Source of the DNA: Escherichia coli
Lineage (GTDB): Bacteria > Pseudomonadota > Gammaproteobacteria > Enterobacterales > Enterobacteriaceae
Assembly: GCF_036507355.1 (NCBI RefSeq)
Contig: NZ_AP027877.1
Strand: one strand, 5' to 3'
DNA length: 64,000 nt
How positions within the stretch are numbered: position 1 is the stretch's first letter; every line of letters begins with the position of its first letter. Below the pieces are notes generated by a model. The model saw nothing but the letters and a program-made list of their open reading frames with translations. It searched no databases and had not been told where the DNA came from. Both the position numbers and the translations under genes were made by a program. Positions 37,249-42,771 of the stretch are shown piece after piece.

Positions 37249-37504
37249 TGGAGCACCTCAAAAACACCATCATACACTAAATCAGTAAGTTGGCAGCATC
37301 ACCCGCATCAGGATGGGAAATAGGGTAAAAAAGTAAGGAACTTCGATACCTCTACTACAGTGAATATTTTGCTGATGATACTTCCCTTTGCCAAATGAAA
37401 TTAACCTCTTTCTCTATTACCGCGTTTTTCCAGAAGCAAGAGATTGGGTATCAAGAGGCTGGCTGCTATGATATGGCGTCTTGTTTTTTAAGCGAGGAAA
37501 GATT

Positions 37505-38260
37505 TTGAGTGCGGGACGCCTGAATAAAAAATCTCTGGGTATCGTGATGTTGTTATCGGTTGGACTGCTTTTGGCGGGCTGTTCGGGTAGCAAATCATCC
37601 GATACAGGAACGTATTCCGGCTCCGTTTACACCGTGAAACGGGGGGATACGCTATATCGTATTTCGCGCACCACGGGAACCAGCGTAAAAGAACTGGCGC
37701 GACTGAACGGCATTTCCCCCCCTTACACTATTGAAGTAGGTCAGAAACTAAAACTGGGTGGGGCGAAAAGTAGCAGTAGTACACGTAAATCAACCGCCAA
37801 ATCAACGACTAAAACCGCATCGGTTACACCGTCATCAGCGGTACCGAAATCTTCCTGGCCGCCAGTAGGGCAACGTTGTTGGTTATGGCCAACGACAGGG
37901 AAAGTTATCATGCCGTATTCGACAGCAGATGGCGGCAATAAAGGGATTGATATCTCAGCTCCACGGGGTACACCTATTTACGCCGCGGGTGCAGGAAAGG
38001 TGGTGTATGTGGGCAACCAGCTGCGTGGCTACGGTAATCTCATCATGATTAAACACAGTGAAGATTACATTACGGCTTACGCCCATAATGACACGATGCT
38101 GGTAAATAATGGGCAAAGCGTGAGGGCTGGGCAAAAAATCGCCACCATGGGGAGCACGGATGCGGCATCTGTTCGCCTGCATTTCCAGATTCGTTACCGT
38201 GCAACGGCAATTGATCCGCTACGTTACTTGCCGCCGCAGGGCAGCAAGCCAAAATGCTGA
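37505..38260 (+). CDS. ygeR: LysM/M23 peptidase-family lipoprotein YgeR
   Basis: 251 aa from a TTG start, with SD gagga 7 nt upstream. Lipobox LLAGC, a LysM domain (YTVKRGDTLYRISR) and an M23 domain. Matches K-12 YgeR. Confidence 0.9.
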   Translation: MSAGRLNKKSLGIVMLLSVGLLLAGCSGSKSSDTGTYSGSVYTVKRGDTLYRISRTTGTSVKELARLNGISPPYTIEVGQKLKLGGAKSSSSTRKSTAKSTTKTASVTPSSAVPKSSWPPVGQRCWLWPTTGKVIMPYSTADGGNKGIDISAPRGTPIYAAGAGKVVYVGNQLRGYGNLIMIKHSEDYITAYAHNDTMLVNNGQSVRAGQKIATMGSTDAASVRLHFQIRYRATAIDPLRYLPPQGSKPKC

Positions 38261-38293
38261 TGGCGAATTAATCAGCAGTCAGCAGCGCGGCAC

Positions 38294-38321
38294 TTGCTAA
38301 GGAGAGCGTAAGGTTTATAAT
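38294..38321 (+). promoter_or_regulatory. Putative sigma70 promoter of glyU
   Basis: TTGCTA-N16-TATAAT, with the -10 element ending 17 nt before the mature tRNA 5' end. Confidence 0.5.
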
Positions 38322-38338
38322 GCCTTACGCATCTCGAA

Positions 38339-38412
38339 GCGGGCGTAGTTCAATGGTAGAACGAGAGCTTCCCAAGCTCTATACGAGGGTTCGATTCCCT
38401 TCGCCCGCTCCA
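38339..38412 (+). tRNA. glyU: tRNA-Gly (anticodon CCC)
   Basis: gcgggcgtagttcaatggtagaacgagagcttCCCaagctctatacgagggttcgattcccttcgcccgctcca. 74 nt, cloverleaf-compatible, CCA encoded. Confidence 0.95.
38390..38412 (+). repeat. attL core (glyU 3' end)
   Basis: 23 bp identical to 42585-42607. Confidence 0.85.
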
Positions 38413-38546
38413 TGACCTTTCTTAAAGTACTCCAACCTACTGAATCCTAAGGGATACGGCTTTAAGCCTTCCGCTAGTTTTACTCACTGTAACCAACACT
38501 GTAACTAAATTTGTTGAAATAGTGAGCAGACTTAAGATCTCAGTAC

Positions 38547-40178
38547 ATGCTCAACTCAAAAACCTATCTTTATCAGCGCAATGGCGTCTTTTATATCCGC
38601 CTCAGGATGAAGTCCACAGATCGCCTGACCGTTTCACATCCTTCCCATAGCCGTTATAAAATAGCGTCAGTATCACTACGGACTAAGGATAGACGTACAG
38701 CTATGGCTTACTCACGGCAAATCAAGGCAGCACTTAGGGCAATCCATGCAGACAGACCCAACGCCTCCTATGAGGAAATGAGGGAACACCTGAGGGACAT
38801 CGCAGAGTGGGAGTTGTCTACAGGTCGTTCAGACCTCTTCGAGCCAGATATGAGAGATCTATACCGTGACCAGTATGGGGAAGTGGGAGAGAATCTTGTC
38901 CATGCTCTGGCAAGCGAGCCACTGACTATTGACCAGCATCGCTATATTAATGAGGCTCTTAATGTACTCAAGGCCTGCATGAAGCGCATTGAAGCGGGAG
39001 ATAGCCAGCCACTTATAGATTATATAGATGGATTTGATGCTGCTGCTGGGGCTAATGGCCAAGCCTCTGCAACTCTATCTGTTAGTGCTCCCCAAAAAAC
39101 AAGCATTACTGAAGGCAAACACTGCGTAACCGTTGCTTCTCTCTTTGAGCAGTACGAGCAGGAAAACGCCCAGAACTGGAAGCCAGCAACATTACGAGAA
39201 AACAAAGCTTCTCATGCTGCGTTAATCGAAGTTTTTGATTATCTGGGCCTCAATGCTGACGCCAATGTGTTAGCTCGTGCGGATATGCTTAGGGTTCGGG
39301 ATATCCTCCAGCAATTGCCGAAGAATCGTAAGCAGCGTTTCAAAGATGTTCCGTTGGTTGACCTGCTAGGTCGTGAGGATAAAACCGATTGTCTGGATAT
39401 TGTTACCATCAATAATAAATATCTCATTAAGATGGCGGCTGTTTTCAAGTGGGCCGTGCGTAATGACCTGATTAAAAAGAATATGACAGAAGGGCTAGAG
39501 CTTAAGGTTCCCCAGCGTAAAGCCTCTGAGGCGCGTAATGCTTTCTCTACGGAGCAGGTAGGACAACTACTGGCTGCCGCCCAAGTTTACTCACAGAGAC
39601 CTTCTGGTAAGCCGTATCATTATTATGTTACCGCCTTGGCTGCTATCACTGGGGCGAGACTCAATGAAATAGCCCAACTACAGGTCAAAGACGTCAGGAC
39701 CACTGAGGCGGGAACCGTTTATATTCATATCAATGAAGACGATAGTAGTCTACCCGGTAAGAGCATCAAGAACGCTCATAGTGACCGCTGTGTGCCTCTG
39801 GTCGATGGGGCCTATGGTTTTATATTGGCTGACTTTATGAGGTTGGTTGAGACCCGTAGAGGCGCTGATGGTGATGACGCTATGGTGTTCGATGGTCTTC
39901 GCCTCATGAAGAACGGTTACGGTGAGCAGGTGAGTAAATGGTTTAATCGGACGTTGTTGCCTAAAGTCCTCGCAGACCGTAGCGGCTTAGCGTTTCACTC
40001 GTTTAGACATACAGTTGCGACCCAGTTAAAACAACATGGGGTCGAGTTGGCGTATGCACAGGCGATCATGGGGCATAGTTCAGGGTCTATTACTTACGAC
40101 CGTTATGCTAAAGAGGTTGAGGTTGATAGACTGGTCAATGTGATGGCTGATGTTTATAAGGAGGTTGTGGCCCCTTAA
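38547..40178 (+). CDS. Tyrosine recombinase / integrase (large, 543 aa)
   Basis: The C-terminal catalytic signature is visible: ..GARLNEIAQL.. (R), HSFRHTVATQL (HxxR), GHSSGSITYDRY (H..Y). The N-terminus YLYQRNGVFYIRLR is typical of integrase N-terminal arm-binding domains. Confidence 0.85.
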   Translation: MLNSKTYLYQRNGVFYIRLRMKSTDRLTVSHPSHSRYKIASVSLRTKDRRTAMAYSRQIKAALRAIHADRPNASYEEMREHLRDIAEWELSTGRSDLFEPDMRDLYRDQYGEVGENLVHALASEPLTIDQHRYINEALNVLKACMKRIEAGDSQPLIDYIDGFDAAAGANGQASATLSVSAPQKTSITEGKHCVTVASLFEQYEQENAQNWKPATLRENKASHAALIEVFDYLGLNADANVLARADMLRVRDILQQLPKNRKQRFKDVPLVDLLGREDKTDCLDIVTINNKYLIKMAAVFKWAVRNDLIKKNMTEGLELKVPQRKASEARNAFSTEQVGQLLAAAQVYSQRPSGKPYHYYVTALAAITGARLNEIAQLQVKDVRTTEAGTVYIHINEDDSSLPGKSIKNAHSDRCVPLVDGAYGFILADFMRLVETRRGADGDDAMVFDGLRLMKNGYGEQVSKWFNRTLLPKVLADRSGLAFHSFRHTVATQLKQHGVELAYAQAIMGHSSGSITYDRYAKEVEVDRLVNVMADVYKEVVAP

Positions 40179-40180
40179 GG

Positions 40181-40219
40181 ATGACCATAGGCGATGACCA
40201 TAGGCGATGACCATAGGCG
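40181..40219 (+). repeat. Tandem 13-bp repeat atgaccataggcg x3 (plus a partial fourth)
   Basis: Three perfect head-to-tail copies begin 3 nt after the integrase stop. Each contains the reverse complement of the CTATGGTC motif that recurs at 40239-40291 and 40821-40848. Confidence 0.9.
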
Positions 40220-40330
40220 ATGACACTTGCTACTATTCCTATGGTCCCCTTTGTGGTCCTATGTGGTCCTGTGTGACCCTTTGTGTGGTCATGTTTTGAC
40301 TCATAGTTTTCACTACTTGTCAAGCATATT

Positions 40331-40353
40331 TAATACGACTCACTATAGGGAGA
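40331..40353 (+). promoter_or_regulatory. Phage T7 RNA polymerase class III promoter consensus, 23/23 match
   Basis: TAATACGACTCACTATAGGGAGA is read directly, with an AT-rich -22..-18 region (atatt). Predicted +1 is the G at 40348. It points toward the cargo genes at 41158 and 41845. The sequence match is certain. Its function in vivo is inference. Confidence 0.85.
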
Positions 40354-40585
40354 AGGGACACAAAAAGTTTTCTCTCTCTGTCTCTCTCTATGATGACACT
40401 TGCTACTACTTCAGGTAGCTTTAACTCTAACCGTAACTTATCGCATCCTTTCAGGGGCGGGATGACCAATTACAGACACCAAGCGTTCTACTTAAAATGA
40501 ATGCTTCCTGTGTGCTCTGGGTCAGTCGATAAGTGAATAGCCTTAGACATCATATTAATTATGGTCTCTAACCCCTACAGGGGCT

Positions 40586-40729
40586 TAACTTTAAGTATTA
40601 ACTTATAGTCTACTTAAAGACACAATTAAAGATTAACTTAAAGTATTAAATTATAGATTAATTAAAGACCAATTAAAGAGTAACTTTAAGTATTAACTTA
40701 TAGTCTACTTAAAGACACAATTAAAGATT
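40586..40729 (+). repeat. Three tandem ~47-bp AT-rich iteron-like repeats
   Basis: The 49-bp string taactttaagtattaacttatagtctacttaaagacacaattaaagatt is identical at 40586-40634 and 40681-40729. A degenerate copy (40635-40680) lies between them. All are rich in TTAAAG submotifs. Confidence 0.85.
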
Positions 40730-40922
40730 GACTCTAAGGGAATACCTTAAGAGGTGATGATATTCATAATAATCAATCACCAAACCTATAGGTCTCCTCA
40801 AGGCATTACCCAGAAGCTAACTGTATGGCCCTGTATGGTCCTGTACGCCATTCTTTAGGATGCCATGTAGTTTCGTATGGCCTGATGCCTAGCGTGGCTC
40901 AGAGACCCTCCCAGTAGTAAAT

Positions 40923-40945
40923 CAATACGACTTACTAATAGGAGA
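40923..40945 (+). promoter_or_regulatory. Degenerate T7-like promoter
   Basis: caatacgacttactaataggaga matches the T7 consensus at 18/23 ungapped, or better if a 1-nt insertion near -3 is allowed. It lies 213 nt upstream of the 41158 ORF. Confidence 0.35.
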
Positions 40946-41157
40946 CACACTCCGAACCACTCACCACGTGTCTCTCAAAGTTCCACCTCTCGCGCTTCAC
41001 CATACAGTAGCTCCGCACAGCTACGACACAATCATTCATTCAATCTCAAAGTCATTCTGTTTGCATCCTGTTGTCCTGCTGGTCTCCCTTCGCTTGGGGA
41101 CTTTGAGTGGGCCAGTAGGGGGCGGTTTAGTGTGCATATTTAAAAGGTAACCAAGCA

Positions 41158-41721
41158 ATGAACAATAAACATAAACATGCAGGTCATATTATCACTATTG
41201 AAGGCCACAGCTTTAAGTCTAATGAGTCTGGCATGTGGAATCTTACAGAAATATGGAAAATCCTCGGATTACCTAACAATAAGCTACCCTCTCAGTGGCG
41301 CGGCAAGGTAACAAAGAGGCTCACCGACATGCAAAAAATGCACGTCGAGAAGATTGGTATTGAAAGCATAACCTACGCAGACAAACAGGCTACCCTCAAG
41401 TATGCAGGATGGGTCTCTGAAGATTTCGAGGACATGGTCTATGCAGCCTTTGAGGCTATCCTTGAGATGCCTGAAGTTGCCACGGTCGTTGCTAATAAGA
41501 TGGTCGAACTTGGCTATCACGCTGAAGCTGAGCTATTGGAACGTCATAAGGACGACTATAGAGAAGCTATGCAGACCCTTAAAAAGATTGGTAAACGTGT
41601 TGACGGCAGGAAGCCTGAGCGCATCTACAAGGCCGTACTTAACGGTAATCTGACGAAATTTCAAGGGTTATCCATGATTTCTCGCAGCAGTGTCTGGTAC
41701 GCCCGAACAGTGAATCTATGA
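41158..41721 (+). CDS. KilA-N-like DNA-binding domain protein (tentative)
   Basis: 187 aa. The N-terminal pattern is ..ITIEGHSFKSNESGMWNLTEIWKILGL..P.QW.. followed by ..TYADKQATLKYAGWVSEDFEDMV.. This resembles the KilA-N/Bro-type fold as I remember it. The C-terminal half is helical and basic. Confidence 0.5.
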   Translation: MNNKHKHAGHIITIEGHSFKSNESGMWNLTEIWKILGLPNNKLPSQWRGKVTKRLTDMQKMHVEKIGIESITYADKQATLKYAGWVSEDFEDMVYAAFEAILEMPEVATVVANKMVELGYHAEAELLERHKDDYREAMQTLKKIGKRVDGRKPERIYKAVLNGNLTKFQGLSMISRSSVWYARTVNL

Positions 41722-41844
41722 TGGCTATCGATCACGATAGATGCCAGCGATCAATTTCAGGTTACCGATCGAAACAAACGATCAGCACGATGGTTGCAAT
41801 CGGATATCATATTGACACTTGTCTGACATCCTGAAGGTATCAAT

Positions 41845-42318
41845 ATGTTTGGGCTTTTTAAGAAAAAGGCAAAAGCGGAAAGGTGTTATGATGTAACACG
41901 CATTCAATACGAGCTGGTTGTAATGTCATCTAAGCTGATAAAAAAACAGACCGATATGTTCAAAGTAATAAAAGGGGAGCGAGAGGAGGCTTTAGGAGAC
42001 CCTTTATTATCAGCAGGGTATATAACGCCATGGGTCATTGGATATTGCACTGGTCTCCTGGATGCAGTGACTCAGACGGAGGCTAACAGGATGGCATTTA
42101 CATCAGAAATGCTTGGGCTTCTTTTTGCTGCAGTTTTCGGTGATGATAAGTCTCTTGAGGCCATGGGAACTTATATAGCCTGTAACGAAGCCTCCTCACC
42201 AGACCATGGATTTCATGTTACGTATGAGCTTTATATGTCTGGTCTAGCGAAAGCGTTTAATGAGGTATGTGAGGATAAACCTGCGATAGGACTTCTGAAC
42301 TATTTAATGCAGGATTGA
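41845..42318 (+). CDS. Hypothetical protein (157 aa), no recognisable family
   Basis: Intact ORF on the same strand as the T7 promoter and the 41158 ORF. It is preceded by a GATC-rich spacer. Confidence 0.55.
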   Translation: MFGLFKKKAKAERCYDVTRIQYELVVMSSKLIKKQTDMFKVIKGEREEALGDPLLSAGYITPWVIGYCTGLLDAVTQTEANRMAFTSEMLGLLFAAVFGDDKSLEAMGTYIACNEASSPDHGFHVTYELYMSGLAKAFNEVCEDKPAIGLLNYLMQD

Positions 42319-42584
42319 AAATTTCCCACAAAAATCTCAGTGCCTATCTAACAGTAATAACCCTGCAACATTCCCCCGTATACCTCCAGAAGTTATCCAG
42401 AAGCCGAAGTAGGTATCCTGTCATGTATTTGAATCATCAAAGTTGTTCGTTCTATTCCTCTTTAGGGAATATTACAGCCCTACAGCCTTGACCAGAGATC
42501 ACTTGATGTGTAACCATAACTGTAACCAAAAGGATTCATCATCCTTTAAGAAACAATTGGTTAGTGAGTGATTGTCTTCGATAC

Positions 42585-42607
42585 TTCGATTCCCTTCGCC
42601 CGCTCCA
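42585..42607 (+). repeat. attR of islet 1, and remnant att junction preceding island 2
   Basis: ttcgattcccttcgcccgctcca, identical to the last 23 nt of glyU. Confidence 0.85.
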
Positions 42608-42771
42608 AACTCAAGTCTCCTGAAGTCTACCAAACTCAATTTTTCCTTGATAAATCAGCAGTTATAGCTTTCTATTAGTCTATTGAACTCAATTGTACTC
42701 CCCCAGGGTCAAGCTCAATGTGGGGGTATGGATGGGGGTATAATTGTACCCCCTGCTGAGAGGTACCCCCA

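Larger units (their letters stand above)
36536..37303 (-). mobile_element. IS1, complete 768-bp copy
   Basis: ggtaatgactccaacttattgatagtg ... cagtaagttggcagcatcacc, both IS1 inverted repeats. insA and insB are present. The 9-bp flanks differ (ggggttttt vs cgcatcagg). Confidence 0.97.
38390..42607 (+). mobile_element. 4.2-kb integrative islet at glyU: integrase, T7-promoter/repeat region, two cargo genes
   Basis: Bounded by identical 23-bp direct repeats ttcgattcccttcgcccgctcca (38390-38412 inside glyU, and 42585-42607). The integrase gene lies next to the tRNA. TGTAACC-N5-CTGTAAC modules sit inside both ends. Confidence 0.75.

Noticed and set aside
39077-39083. ATCTGTT, the T7 RNAP class II pause/termination heptamer, inside the islet integrase gene.
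   Set aside because: A single 7-mer has a sizeable chance of occurring in 4 kb. It lies within coding sequence, and its surroundings do not resemble a concatemer junction.
40300-40420. The T7 promoter as a cloning-vector or expression-cassette contaminant.
   Set aside because: The flanks show no lac operator, g10 leader/RBS, MCS, tag or T-phi terminator. The promoter is embedded in a repeat-rich region between an integrase and att repeats, and a second divergent T7-like promoter lies nearby. Read-level verification is still needed and is listed as a refutation test.
40569-40586. taacccctacaggggctta as a T-phi-like terminator or RNase III site.
   Set aside because: It has only a 4-bp GC stem with a tetraloop and no following U-run. 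The resemblance to the AACCCCTTGGGG part of T-phi is superficial.
40181-40729. Possible CRISPR array, from the 13-bp tandem repeats and 47-bp repeats.
   Set aside because: The repeats are contiguous, with no unique spacers of regular length. The units are the wrong size and too AT-rich. No cas genes or leader are nearby.
40227-41150. Short ORFs in the islet noncoding region: 40227..40418 (63 aa), 40968..41150 (60 aa), and a 36-codon ATGATG ORF at about 40390.
   Set aside because: They have no SD sequences, overlap the repeat arrays and promoter, and have odd composition (Cys/Leu/Pro-rich). The region is better explained as cis-acting DNA.
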